A stretch of DNA of 64,000 bases, taken from NCBI RefSeq assembly GCF_028368995.1, contig NZ_JAQNDL010000005.1, positions 544,001-608,000 on the forward strand, read 5' to 3'. Position 1 is the stretch's first letter; every line of letters starts with the position of its first letter. A model generated the notes under the pieces. That model made no database searches. It was not told the origin of the DNA and saw only the letters and a list, made by a program, of their open reading frames with translations. The translations under genes and the position numbers were made by a program. This DNA is from Nannocystis bainbridge (GTDB lineage: Bacteria; Myxococcota_A; Polyangia; Nannocystales; Nannocystaceae). Positions 27,109-36,983 of the stretch are shown piece by piece.

Positions 27109-29052
27109 TCAGAGGCCGTTGGGGATCACCGTGAGCGTCGCGGAGCCCTTATTGGTCAGGATGAGGTCGTCGTAACCGTCGACGTTCAGGTCGGCGACGG
27201 CGATCGCGTTGAGCCCGGGCGAGACGCCCGTGGCGACCAGGGGCGCCGCGGTGAAGGTGCCGGTGCCGGTGCCGGTCATGGGATACACGCCGCCGGCGGC
27301 CGTGGTGTAAAGGATGTAGGCGTCGAGCTTGCCGTCGCCGTTGAAGTCGCTGGCCACGACCCCCAGCGCCGAATTGGCGATCGCGCCGGCGCCGGTGGAG
27401 GATTGCACTCCGTTGGCGAAGGTGCCGTCGCCATTGCCCTTGAAGAAGTAAAGGTACGCGCCGGCGGCCCCGTTGGCGAGGATGTCGAGCTTGCCGTCGC
27501 CGTCGGCGTCGCCGAAGGCGAGGCCCGCGGTCTGGCCGTTGAGGGCGTTGGCATAGGAGACCGGGGCGGCGAACGTGCCGTCGCCCTGATTGACGAGGAT
27601 CGACAGGCGCGCCGAGCTGGGGCTGGTCACCACGAGGTCGAATTGGCCGTCGCCGTCGAGGTCACGGCAGGCGATCGTCGACTGCACGCCGCCGGTCGCC
27701 GGGATGGTGATGAGCACGGGCGCGCCGAAGGTGCCGGTGCCGGTGCCGGGGATCACGCTCACCTGATTCGAGGTCACGCTGGTGGTCGCGATGTCGATCG
27801 CCCCGTCCTTGTTGAAGTCGGCGGCGCAGAGGTGGACCGAGCCCGTGGCGCCGGTGGTGAACGGCGCCGGCGCCCCGAAGGTACCGGGCGCGTCCGGGCC
27901 GAGGTTGCGATAGACGCTGAGGTTGCCCTGGATCGCCGGCAGGTTGGTCTGGCCGTCGACGGTGACGGCGTCGAGCCAGCCGTCGCCGTCGAAGTCCGCC
28001 GCGACGACCGCGTTGCTCGACAGCGGCGCGCCGGCGTAGTTGACCTCCGCCTGCACGGTGGCGTCGCCGTTGCCGCGATAGACGGAGAGCGAGCCGGAGG
28101 GGGTCATCGGCGAGCCGGACTCGGCGTTGGCGACCAAGATGTCGAGCTTGCCGTCCTTGTCGATGTCGGCGACCGCGGGGGCCAGCGGGGTGTGCGTCGC
28201 GGGCACGTCGATCGGCTCGCCGGGGACCTGGCCGACGGGCGGCGGCTTGCATTCGCCGTTGGTGCAGATATCGTTCGCCGCGCACGGATCGCCGCAGGCG
28301 TTGCAGTGGTCGGCGTCGCTCTGGAGGTTGACCTCGCAGCCGTCGACCGGGTCCGCGTTGCAATCGCCGAGGGTGCCGGTGCAGGCGTCGCAGTCGGTTC
28401 CCGTATAGGTCGGGGCGCACTCGCAGGTGTAGCCATTGATGGCGTCGGAGCAGGCGCCGCCGTTCTGGCACGGGTTCGGGGCGCAGTCGTCGATGTCGGT
28501 CTCGCAGTTCGCTCCGGTGAATCCAGGGGCGCACTCGCAGGTGTAGCCATTGATGCCATCGACGCAGGCGCCGCCGTTCTGGCAGGGGTTCGGCTCGCAG
28601 TCGTCGATGTCGGTCTCGCAGTTCGCTCCGGTGAACCCGGGGGCGCACTCGCAGGTGTAACCGTCGACGCCGCCCTCGATACAGGCGCCGTCGTTGAGGC
28701 AGGGGTTTGGAGCGCAGACGTCGGGGTCGGTCTCGTGGGTGTCGCTCGAATCGGTGACCAGCGTCGTGCTGCTCGTGCCGGTCGTCGGGTCCACGGGCTC
28801 GGTCGTGCTGGTGCTCTCGCTCGAAGCCGTGGCGTCGCTGCTGGAGGTCGTCGGGCCGTCGCAGCCGGCGCTGCTGCAGGTGCTCGAGTCCGGCGCCGTG
28901 GTCGAACCGTCGGTGGTCGTCGTCGTGGTCCCCGTCTCGGTCTCGGTCGCCGAGGTGGCGGGGGTGTCGGATCCGCAGGCCGCGCTCCCCAGTCCGAGCA
29001 GGAGCAGCAGGTATTTGTCGAAGGCACGGCTCTTGGCTTCAAAACGACGCAT
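27109..29052 (-). CDS. Lipoprotein with three EGF-like repeats and an FG-GAP/VCBS beta-propeller
   Basis: Lipobox LGSAAC; Thr/Ser stalk; C.PNPC.N.G.C..G..GYTCECAP x3; seven-ish ADFDGDG.LD repeats. Confidence 0.92.
   Translation of the reverse strand: MRRFEAKSRAFDKYLLLLLGLGSAACGSDTPATSATETETGTTTTTTDGSTTAPDSSTCSSAGCDGPTTSSSDATASSESTSTTEPVDPTTGTSSTTLVTDSSDTHETDPDVCAPNPCLNDGACIEGGVDGYTCECAPGFTGANCETDIDDCEPNPCQNGGACVDGINGYTCECAPGFTGANCETDIDDCAPNPCQNGGACSDAINGYTCECAPTYTGTDCDACTGTLGDCNADPVDGCEVNLQSDADHCNACGDPCAANDICTNGECKPPPVGQVPGEPIDVPATHTPLAPAVADIDKDGKLDILVANAESGSPMTPSGSLSVYRGNGDATVQAEVNYAGAPLSSNAVVAADFDGDGWLDAVTVDGQTNLPAIQGNLSVYRNLGPDAPGTFGAPAPFTTGATGSVHLCAADFNKDGAIDIATTSVTSNQVSVIPGTGTGTFGAPVLITIPATGGVQSTIACRDLDGDGQFDLVVTSPSSARLSILVNQGDGTFAAPVSYANALNGQTAGLAFGDADGDGKLDILANGAAGAYLYFFKGNGDGTFANGVQSSTGAGAIANSALGVVASDFNGDGKLDAYILYTTAAGGVYPMTGTGTGTFTAAPLVATGVSPGLNAIAVADLNVDGYDDLILTNKGSATLTVIPNGL
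28390..28720 (-). repeat. Intragenic tandem EGF-coding repeats (114-117 bp period)
   Basis: CAGGCGCCG anchors at 28451, 28565 and 28682, with near-identical DNA between units. Confidence 0.85.
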
Positions 29053-29324
29053 GACCTCGACAGGGTCACACCCGCAGTCTGCGGGGGATACGAGCAATCC
29101 CGCGCGACCTACGGCGTGTCGTCGCCACGGACGGGCCAGTCCGCCCCGGCCCGGGTGCCTGGCCCGGGCGACGCACGCGAGCAGGTGCTCCGCGTTATCG
29201 CCGCACGAGTTCCAAAAAAAATTACGCGTGACCTTGATCATCGCCCGGTAGTGCGCCGCTCCAAGATCTCCGGCCGCGGCGGCTCGGGGTCGCCCTATCC
29301 ATCGCGTGATGTTATGAAGTCTGG

Positions 29325-29948
29325 ATGATGCGTGGCCGCCTCCTGGGTCTGTGCCTGGTTGCCTGTCAGGCCGGAGCCCCGGAGGCGGAGCCCGGGGCAC
29401 AGGGCGTCGCCTCGGCTGCGGATGCGTCGACCGAGGAGCGACGGCGAACGCGAGTGCTCGGGTTCTTCGACGACGTCGCCGATCGCATGGTCGAAGCCGT
29501 CCGGCAGGTGTCAGCGACGAAGCCGAAGAGCCGGGTCGCGTACGTCGAGGCGCTCGCGCTCGCCACCCCGGCGGCGATGCCGTTGCACGCCGACCTGGTC
29601 GAGAAGTGGCAGACGAACATGCTCGAGGTGGGAGCCGCGATGCTCGAGCCCGGGTTCCAGGAGGCGATGCTGAAGAACCTTCAGCCCAGGCTGGAAGCGG
29701 CGATGAAGGAGGTCGCGGCCCCGAGCCTGTCGGAGGTCGATGCCACGGACTGCACGCGGCTCGCCCGGCGACTGGTGGAGCTGGCCGGCGAGGGGCGGAC
29801 GATGAAGGGCATGCTGGCCGTGCTCGCGCCCGCTTTTCTACCCTGCGCGCCGGTCCTGCCGCCCGAGGTCGCCGCCTGCCAGCCGACCGGCCGGATGTCG
29901 CTCGCGGCGTACGACGCGTGTGTCGCGGCCGAGACTCCAGCGCCCTGA
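29325..29948 (+). CDS. Hypothetical lipoprotein
   Basis: MMRGRLLGLCLVAC signal; helical body. Confidence 0.7.
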   Translation: MMRGRLLGLCLVACQAGAPEAEPGAQGVASAADASTEERRRTRVLGFFDDVADRMVEAVRQVSATKPKSRVAYVEALALATPAAMPLHADLVEKWQTNMLEVGAAMLEPGFQEAMLKNLQPRLEAAMKEVAAPSLSEVDATDCTRLARRLVELAGEGRTMKGMLAVLAPAFLPCAPVLPPEVAACQPTGRMSLAAYDACVAAETPAP

Positions 29949-30044
29949 GCACGTGGACCCGGGACGGAACGCGTGGGAGGCCCCTCCGCGCTCGTTGCGC
30001 CGTTGTCGCTGGACCACGAGCGCGTAGAATGCTCGGAGACCTGC

Positions 30045-30881
30045 ATGGTTCGTGCAATCCGAATACCCGCAATCGTCGCGCTGATCGGCGCACTCGCGGG
30101 CTGTCGCACCGACGCGGGGATCCAGGCACCCGCGCGACAGCCCGCGAACATGAAGGCCACGCCGGCGCCCGCCGCTGGCGACGAGCCTGTCTCTTCGACC
30201 ATGTGCAGCGATTCTGCGGCGTTCGTTCGCTACGACTGGATCCCCGGCAACGCCCTCCGCCTGCTCGCCGTGCGCTTGCAAGCGCCAGAATTGCCCCGAT
30301 CGCTCGCCACGCTCGCCGGGCTGCGCTCGGGGATCTTCGTCGACGCGCCGACGCGCGCCTTCATCGGCCGCTTCGAGGCCGAGCTCCCGGCGCTACCGAC
30401 AGCCCTCGAGGCGCTCGGGCTGCGTCTGGACGAGGTCGTGTTCGTGTCGACGACCACCGACCTCGAAGGCTGGGCGCTCCCTGACGGTTGTGACGGCGAC
30501 GGGCTTGCTCGACTCGCGGCGATGCACGGCCTCGCGGTGCGACACAGTGAAGCGCGTGAGCCGGTGGACTTCGTCGAGCTCCCGAACCTGGGGTACACCC
30601 TGCTGCGGTCGCGCCTGGGCGGCCCGCTGTGGCTCGCGCGCACCGAGGCCGCGGGCGGCTGGCGGGCCAACCTCGGCAGCATCGTGTTCACCGGCTTCAG
30701 CGAGTGGCTCGATGCCCGCAAAGTCGACACCCTGCGCCTGTCGACCTCCGACCCGCCGCCGGCCTCGGGCTACGGCGGCATCACCCAGCGCTTCTTCGCC
30801 ATCACCGGCAGCGACCTCGCGACGGCTTCGTCGCACTCGCTGGTCGCAGTGCCCGATCGGGCCCGCGATCCGAAGCCGTGA
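30045..30881 (+). CDS. Hypothetical lipoprotein
   Basis: MVRAIRIPAIVALIGALAGC lipobox; GGAG RBS. Confidence 0.7.
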   Translation: MVRAIRIPAIVALIGALAGCRTDAGIQAPARQPANMKATPAPAAGDEPVSSTMCSDSAAFVRYDWIPGNALRLLAVRLQAPELPRSLATLAGLRSGIFVDAPTRAFIGRFEAELPALPTALEALGLRLDEVVFVSTTTDLEGWALPDGCDGDGLARLAAMHGLAVRHSEAREPVDFVELPNLGYTLLRSRLGGPLWLARTEAAGGWRANLGSIVFTGFSEWLDARKVDTLRLSTSDPPPASGYGGITQRFFAITGSDLATASSHSLVAVPDRARDPKP

Positions 30882-31027
30882 CCGCTCGGGCCGCGGTGAT
30901 GGAGGCAGGCGCGCTCGGCTTCGACGCGGGCGATGGGCCGGGCACGCGCATCCACCCGGATGGGTGAGCGCCGCCGACAAGCAGCGGACAGCGCGATGAA
31001 TCGATGGTATGACGGGCGTCGTCGCCC

Positions 31028-31825
31028 ATGCCTGCTGCCATCGAAGCGATCGCGCGATACATCGATCACCTCGAAGATCGGGCATGGATCGAGCGACTCG
31101 TCGAGAGACACGGTGTGCCGCAGGTGCTTCGAGGCATCTCGGAGCTGGTCGAGCACGGGGCACCCGGCCCGGCTCACAACGCCCTGACGCTCGCGCGGGA
31201 CCTCGGCGTCCACGGCATCGTCGACCGGGACCTGACATCGCAGGTGCGAGCCGAGATGCCCACGCTGCTGTTCCCCGCGTTGCAGCGCGGCCTGCGAGCG
31301 ACGGCGTACGCGGTCCGGGCCGGCGTCGTGTATACGATCGGCAAGCTCAGCTTCGACGATCAGGCGCAGCTCTTGCGAGACGCCTTCGAGCAGTCCCTGG
31401 ATCGCGATCCGCTGCTGCTCCCGCGGATCGTCTTCGAGCTCCACTGGCTGATGCCTGGCCCGGACTGGTCCTACGTCCATCGCCTCACGGCGGCGCCGCA
31501 CCGTCTGATCCGCTGGTCCGCGCTCGCAGCCGTCGAGGCCTACCCCTGCGCGCCGGGGGATGACGCGTTCGCGCAGAAGCGGCAGACGTACGAGCGTCTG
31601 GCGACGGACCCCTTCGAGCCGCTCGCCGCGGAGAGTCGCCATCGTCTGGCCGCGCTGCTGCGAGGGACCGAAGAGCACGGCTCGCACCAGCTCGTGGAGC
31701 CCGGTCTGACCTTCGAGGCCGTCGAGCTCCGCTTCACGAACACTCTGCCGCCCGCCGCGGACTACACGCTCGAGCAGCTCGATGCATTCGTCGACTCGCT
31801 GACGCCGCGCCAGCGCGACGATTGA
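31028..31825 (+). CDS. Hypothetical HEAT-repeat-like protein
   Basis: VRAGVVYTIGKL and IRWSALAAV HEAT-like helices. Confidence 0.7.
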   Translation: MPAAIEAIARYIDHLEDRAWIERLVERHGVPQVLRGISELVEHGAPGPAHNALTLARDLGVHGIVDRDLTSQVRAEMPTLLFPALQRGLRATAYAVRAGVVYTIGKLSFDDQAQLLRDAFEQSLDRDPLLLPRIVFELHWLMPGPDWSYVHRLTAAPHRLIRWSALAAVEAYPCAPGDDAFAQKRQTYERLATDPFEPLAAESRHRLAALLRGTEEHGSHQLVEPGLTFEAVELRFTNTLPPAADYTLEQLDAFVDSLTPRQRDD

Positions 31826-32129
31826 GGCCGCATACGGCGCCCCCAGGACAGCGCCACAGTCCTTCTTGATCTTTCGCCTGCGCGAGCTCGCCGGCCCGCA
31901 CGCGAGCGCACCAGACATCCTCCTTCGCGCATCCGGGTCACGTCGGACCTGGCCTCGAAGCCATGGGAATGGTCCCGCGGTCCGATCCGCGACCGACGAC
32001 CTCGAAGTGCCGACTCCGGCGACCGCGATCGCCGGGCACCATTCCTCTCCTTCTATTAATTCCGATCGACCACGCCATGTTCGGGGCTCGATCGCGCCGC
32101 GCGACTCCGACCGCCGGCCGGTCTGCGGC

Positions 32130-32157
32130 GCGAACCCACATGTCCCGAAGTTCATGT
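32130..32157. repeat. ACATGT element copy
   Basis: GCGAACCC-ACATGT-CCCGAAGT-TCATGT. Confidence 0.65.
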
Positions 32158-32321
32158 GGCCCCCGCGCTCCTCCGGCCGATCGATCGAATCGTCATCTCC
32201 GCGGACTCATTCTCCGCGTTGACGCGTTCAGGTCGGCCCCGCGTTCGCGCCGCGCCTCGCGGTCGCGGCGTGGGTTGCTCGTATCCAATCGGTCGATCGG
32301 AGTAGAAAACAGATGGAGAAG

Positions 32322-34655
32322 ATGAAAACCCTCGCGGCTCGTCGCGCGTACCCGTGTGCGCTTGCGACGGCCCTGTACCTCCTGGCCACCGGATGTGACG
32401 GTGGCGTCGAAGTCTCGATCCACATTACCAGCCCTGCCCCCGAGCCTCCTTGTGGCGACGGCGAGATCGGGCCCGGCGAAGAATGCGACGAAGGGGCCGA
32501 AAACGGCGACGACGCCGCCTGCAAGCTCGATTGCAGCCTCAACGTCTGCGGCGACGGCCACGTCGGTCCGGGCGAGGCCTGCGACGACGGCGACGACGAC
32601 GACGACGACGAATGCAGCAACGCCTGCGCGTTCGGCCCGTCCTGCGGCGACGGCGTCGTCCAGCCTGGCGAGGCCTGCGACGACGGCAACGACATCGACG
32701 ACGACGCCTGCAACAACGCCTGCGTCCTCGCCACCTGCGGCGACGGCATCGTCCAGATCGGCGAGGCCTGCGACGACGGCAACGCCGTCGACACCGACCT
32801 CTGTACCAGCGCGTGCGCGCCCGCCAGCTGCGGCGACGGCTTCATCCAGCCTGGCGAGGGCTGCGACGACGGCGACGTCAACGGCGCGGGCGCAGCCTGT
32901 CGCGCCGACTGCCAGCCCAACGTCTGCGGCGACGGCGACATCGGCCCTGGCGAGGCCTGCGACAACGGCCCGAGCAACGCCGACCACGCCGCCTGCAAGC
33001 TCGACTGCAGCCTCAATTTCTGCGGTGACGGCCACGTCGGCCCGATGGAGGGCTGCGACGACGGCAACGACATCGACGACGACGCCTGCAGCGACGCCTG
33101 CGTGGCCGCCGAGTGCGGCGACGGCGTCGTCCAGGCCACCGAGGCCTGCGACGACGGCAACGGCGACGACACCGACGCCTGCACCAGCGCCTGCACCGCG
33201 GCCGCCTGCGGCGACGGCTTCGTCCAGGCCGGCGAGGCCTGCGACGACGGCAATGACAACAGCGACGGCGGCGATTGCACGCTCGCCTGCGCCGTCGCCA
33301 CCTGCGGAGACGGCCTCGTCCACGATCAGGGGGGCGGCGGCGAGCAGTGCGACGACGGCCTCGCCAACGGCCCCGGCCACGCCTGCCTCGCCGGTTGCCA
33401 GGCCAACGTCTGCGGCGACGGCGACCTCGGACCCGGCGAGGCCTGCGACGACGGCAACCTCGTCGGCGGCGACGGCTGCGGCCCGATGTGCACCCACGAG
33501 GCCTGCGGCAACGAGATCGTCGACGCCCTCGAGCAGTGCGACGACGGCATGGACGGCGACCCGGACGACGGCTGCACCGACGCGTGCATGCTCCCGAGCT
33601 GCGGCGACGGCGTCCTGCAGATCAACGCCGGCGAGCAGTGCGACGACGGCCCCGGCAACAGCGACGCCGGCGAATGCACCGCTGGGTGCACCGTCGCCAC
33701 CTGCGGCGACGGCCACGTCCAGCTCGCGGTCGAGCAGTGCGACGACGGCCCCGGCAACGCCAACACCGGCGCCTGCAAGCTCGACTGCACCCTCGGCTAC
33801 TGCGGCGACGGCTACGTCGGCCCCGGCGAGGCCTGCGACGACGCCGACGCCATCGACAACGACACCTGCAACAACGCGTGCAAGCTGCAGACCTGCGGCG
33901 ACGGCCTCAAGCAGGGCACCGAGCCGTGCGACCTCGGCCCGCTCAACAGCAACACCGGCGCGTGCACCCTCGCCTGCACCCTCGCCGTCTGCGGCGACGG
34001 CTTCGCCCACGAGGGCGTCGAGCCGTGCGACGACGGCAACGCCAACAACACCGACGCCTGCCTGATCGGCTGCGTCGCGGCCACCTGCGGCGACGGCTTC
34101 CTGCGCGCCGGCGTCGAGGCCTGCGACGACGGCAACAACCTCGACGGCGACATGTGCAACGCCGACTGCACCCGGCCCAAGCGCGTGTTCATCACCAGCA
34201 CCACCTACAGCGGCGCCATGGGCAATTACCTCGGCACAAAGAGCAGGTGCCAGACGCGCGCCACCGCGGCCGGCCTGACCGGCACCTGGGACGCCTGGAT
34301 CAGCGTCGCCAGCAGCAGCCCTGTGCTCCGCTTCGTCAAGTCGACGACGCATTACGCCCGCCTCGACGGGACCGAGATCGCCCAGTCGTGGGCCGACCTC
34401 ACTGACGGCAGCATCGACGCGCCGATCAACCTCGACGAATTCGGCGTCCTCGTGCCGACCGCCGGTGTGTGGACCGGCACCTCGGCCACCGGCACCCCGC
34501 TGTCCGACAACTGCAACAGTTGGTCCAACAACTTCTCCAGCGGCAAGGGATACGACGGCCGCAACGACGCCACCGACTTCAACTGGACCGCCCGCTCGCT
34601 CGGCCTGTCGAGCAACTGCTCGATCCTCCAGCGGCTGTACTGCTTCGAGCAGTGA
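32322..34655 (+). CDS. DUF4215 Cys-rich repeat lipoprotein with C-terminal DUF1554 (endostatin-like/CLec) domain, paralog 1
   Basis: Lipobox LATGC; 18 CGDG...E.CDDGN modules; RVFITS...VWTGT...RLYCFEQ. Confidence 0.92.
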   Translation: MKTLAARRAYPCALATALYLLATGCDGGVEVSIHITSPAPEPPCGDGEIGPGEECDEGAENGDDAACKLDCSLNVCGDGHVGPGEACDDGDDDDDDECSNACAFGPSCGDGVVQPGEACDDGNDIDDDACNNACVLATCGDGIVQIGEACDDGNAVDTDLCTSACAPASCGDGFIQPGEGCDDGDVNGAGAACRADCQPNVCGDGDIGPGEACDNGPSNADHAACKLDCSLNFCGDGHVGPMEGCDDGNDIDDDACSDACVAAECGDGVVQATEACDDGNGDDTDACTSACTAAACGDGFVQAGEACDDGNDNSDGGDCTLACAVATCGDGLVHDQGGGGEQCDDGLANGPGHACLAGCQANVCGDGDLGPGEACDDGNLVGGDGCGPMCTHEACGNEIVDALEQCDDGMDGDPDDGCTDACMLPSCGDGVLQINAGEQCDDGPGNSDAGECTAGCTVATCGDGHVQLAVEQCDDGPGNANTGACKLDCTLGYCGDGYVGPGEACDDADAIDNDTCNNACKLQTCGDGLKQGTEPCDLGPLNSNTGACTLACTLAVCGDGFAHEGVEPCDDGNANNTDACLIGCVAATCGDGFLRAGVEACDDGNNLDGDMCNADCTRPKRVFITSTTYSGAMGNYLGTKSRCQTRATAAGLTGTWDAWISVASSSPVLRFVKSTTHYARLDGTEIAQSWADLTDGSIDAPINLDEFGVLVPTAGVWTGTSATGTPLSDNCNSWSNNFSSGKGYDGRNDATDFNWTARSLGLSSNCSILQRLYCFEQ

Positions 34656-34695
34656 CCCTACCCGCGCCATCGACGACTCTGGAGATTTCACAGTC

Positions 34696-36951
34696 ATGAC
34701 CATGAAGCTTCACTCCGTTCATTCCCTGCGCGCGGGCCTGCTCGCGGCCGGGCTGCTGCTCGCGGCCTCCGGCTGCGACAGCGCCCTCGACGTCGCCGTC
34801 GACATCAACGTCTCCTCCGGCGGCTCCGCCGGCAGCGCCTGCGGCGACGACCAAATCGGCCCCGGCGAGCAATGCGACGACGGCCCCGAGAACGGCCCCG
34901 GCAAGGCCTGCCTCGCCGATTGCCAGACCAACGTCTGCGGCGACGGCGACATCGGCCCCGGCGAGCTGTGCGACGACGGCGACGACAACGGCTTCGACGC
35001 CCCCTGCACCGATCAATGCCAGCCGGCCGCCTGCGGCGACGGCTTCGTCGGCCCTGGCGAGACTTGCGACGACGGCAACGCCATCGACACCGACCTCTGC
35101 ACCTCCGCCTGTCTGCCCGCCGCCTGCGGCGACGGCTTCCATCAATCCGCGGTCGGCGAGCAATGCGACGACGGCGGCGCCAACGGCCCCTCCGGCGCAT
35201 GTCGCAGCAATTGCACGACCAACGTCTGCGGCGACGGCGACATCGGCCCCGGCGAATCATGCGACAACGGCCCGAGCAACGCCAATAACGCCGCCTGCAA
35301 GCTCGACTGCGCCCTCGGCGTGTGCGGCGACGGCCACGTCGGCCCGATGGAGGGCTGCGACGACGGCAACGCCATCGACCTCGACGCCTGCAGCAACACC
35401 TGCGTCGCCGCCACCTGCGGCGACGGCCTGGTCCAGGCCACCGAGGCCTGTGACGACGGCAACGCCAGCGACACCGACCTGTGCACCACCGCCTGCACCC
35501 CCGCCGCCTGCGGCGACGGCCACCTGCAGCCCGGCGAGGCCTGCGACGACGGCAATGACAACAGCAACGGCGGCGACTGCACCCTCGCCTGCGCGCTCGC
35601 GGCCTGCGGCGACGGCCTCCTCCACGCCCAGGGCGGCGGCGGCGAAGAATGCGACGAGGGCCTCGCCAATGGCCCCGGCCACGCCTGCCTCGCCGACTGT
35701 CAGCTCAACGTCTGCGGCGACGGCGACCTCGGCCCCGGCGAGGCCTGCGACGACGGCAACCTCACCGCCGGCGACGGCTGCAGCCCCGTATGCGCCCTCG
35801 AGGGCTGCGGCAACGGCGTCGTCGATCCGGGCGAGCCGTGCGACGACGGAGCCGACGGCGATCAGAACGACGGCTGCACCGACGCCTGCACCCTGCCGGT
35901 GTGCGGCGACGGCCTCGTCCAGCCGAGCATCGGCGAGCAGTGCGACGCCGGCCCGGGCAACAGCAACAGCGGCGCCTGCACCCTGACCTGCAAGCACGCC
36001 ACCTGCGGCGACGGCCACGTGCGGCTCGCGGTCGAACAGTGCGACCAGGGCGCGGCCAACGGCAACGACAAGCCGTGCAAGCTCGACTGCACCGGCGCCG
36101 TGTGTGGCGACGGCGTGGTCGGCCCCGGCGAGGCCTGCGACGACGCCGACGAGGACGACGACGACGAGTGCACCAGCGCGTGCAAGGCCATGACCTGCGG
36201 CGACGGCGAGGTCCAGGTCGGCGAGCAGTGCGACGACGGCCCCGCCAACGACAACCTCGGCGCCTGCACCCTGTTCTGCCTCGAGGCCAGCTGCGGCGAC
36301 GGCTTCCTCCAGACCGGCGAGGCCTGCGACGACGGTGACGGCGACGACGGCGACGCCTGCCGCACCAACTGCGAGGCCGCCACCTGCGGCGACGGCGTGG
36401 TGTGGGTCGGCCACGAGCAGTGCGACGACGCCAACGACGACGACACCGACGCTTGCAAGTCCGACTGCACCGTGCCGAAGCGCGTGTTCGTCACCGCCGT
36501 CACCTACAACGGCAACCTCGGCGGCCTCGTCGGCGGCAAGGCCAAGTGCCAGGCCCGCGCCGACGCGGCCGACCTCGGCGGCACCTGGGACGCGTGGTTC
36601 GGCGTCACCAACAGCTCTCCGGCGACGCGCTTCGTCAAGGCGGCCGGCGGCTATCGTCGCCTCGACGGCGTGGTCGTGGCCGACAATTGGGCCGACCTGA
36701 TCGACGGCAGCCTCGACGCGCCCATCAACGTCAACGAGTTCGGCGGCCTCGCCGGCGCCCAGGGCGTGTGGACCGGCACCCTGCAGACCGGCGTGGTGAC
36801 CGGCTCCCGCTGCAACGACTGGACCTACGGCGCGGCCGAGCTGTGGGGCGCGTACGAGGGTCGCACCAACCTCGTCGACGTCGGCTGGACCTACCTCGGG
36901 GCGCAGGTCCTTTGCAACCAGCAGCGCCGCCTCTACTGCTTCGAACAATGA
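34696..36951 (+). CDS. DUF4215-DUF1554 lipoprotein, paralog 2
   Basis: GGAG RBS; AASGC; 17 modules; RVFVTA...RLYCFEQ. Confidence 0.92.
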   Translation: MTMKLHSVHSLRAGLLAAGLLLAASGCDSALDVAVDINVSSGGSAGSACGDDQIGPGEQCDDGPENGPGKACLADCQTNVCGDGDIGPGELCDDGDDNGFDAPCTDQCQPAACGDGFVGPGETCDDGNAIDTDLCTSACLPAACGDGFHQSAVGEQCDDGGANGPSGACRSNCTTNVCGDGDIGPGESCDNGPSNANNAACKLDCALGVCGDGHVGPMEGCDDGNAIDLDACSNTCVAATCGDGLVQATEACDDGNASDTDLCTTACTPAACGDGHLQPGEACDDGNDNSNGGDCTLACALAACGDGLLHAQGGGGEECDEGLANGPGHACLADCQLNVCGDGDLGPGEACDDGNLTAGDGCSPVCALEGCGNGVVDPGEPCDDGADGDQNDGCTDACTLPVCGDGLVQPSIGEQCDAGPGNSNSGACTLTCKHATCGDGHVRLAVEQCDQGAANGNDKPCKLDCTGAVCGDGVVGPGEACDDADEDDDDECTSACKAMTCGDGEVQVGEQCDDGPANDNLGACTLFCLEASCGDGFLQTGEACDDGDGDDGDACRTNCEAATCGDGVVWVGHEQCDDANDDDTDACKSDCTVPKRVFVTAVTYNGNLGGLVGGKAKCQARADAADLGGTWDAWFGVTNSSPATRFVKAAGGYRRLDGVVVADNWADLIDGSLDAPINVNEFGGLAGAQGVWTGTLQTGVVTGSRCNDWTYGAAELWGAYEGRTNLVDVGWTYLGAQVLCNQQRRLYCFEQ

Positions 36952-36983
36952 CCCGCGCGACCCAGAATCACAGGAGAATCGAC

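Noticed and set aside
30185-30204. GCCTGT-CTCTTCGA-CCATGT as another element copy
   Set aside because: Too degenerate and inside a CDS; could be chance
34465-36983. Upstream open-frame extensions of paralogs 2 and 3 overlapping the previous gene (programmed frameshift fusion)
   Set aside because: Each gene has its own RBS and lipoprotein signal, no slippery site is seen, and stop-poor off-frames are expected at this GC
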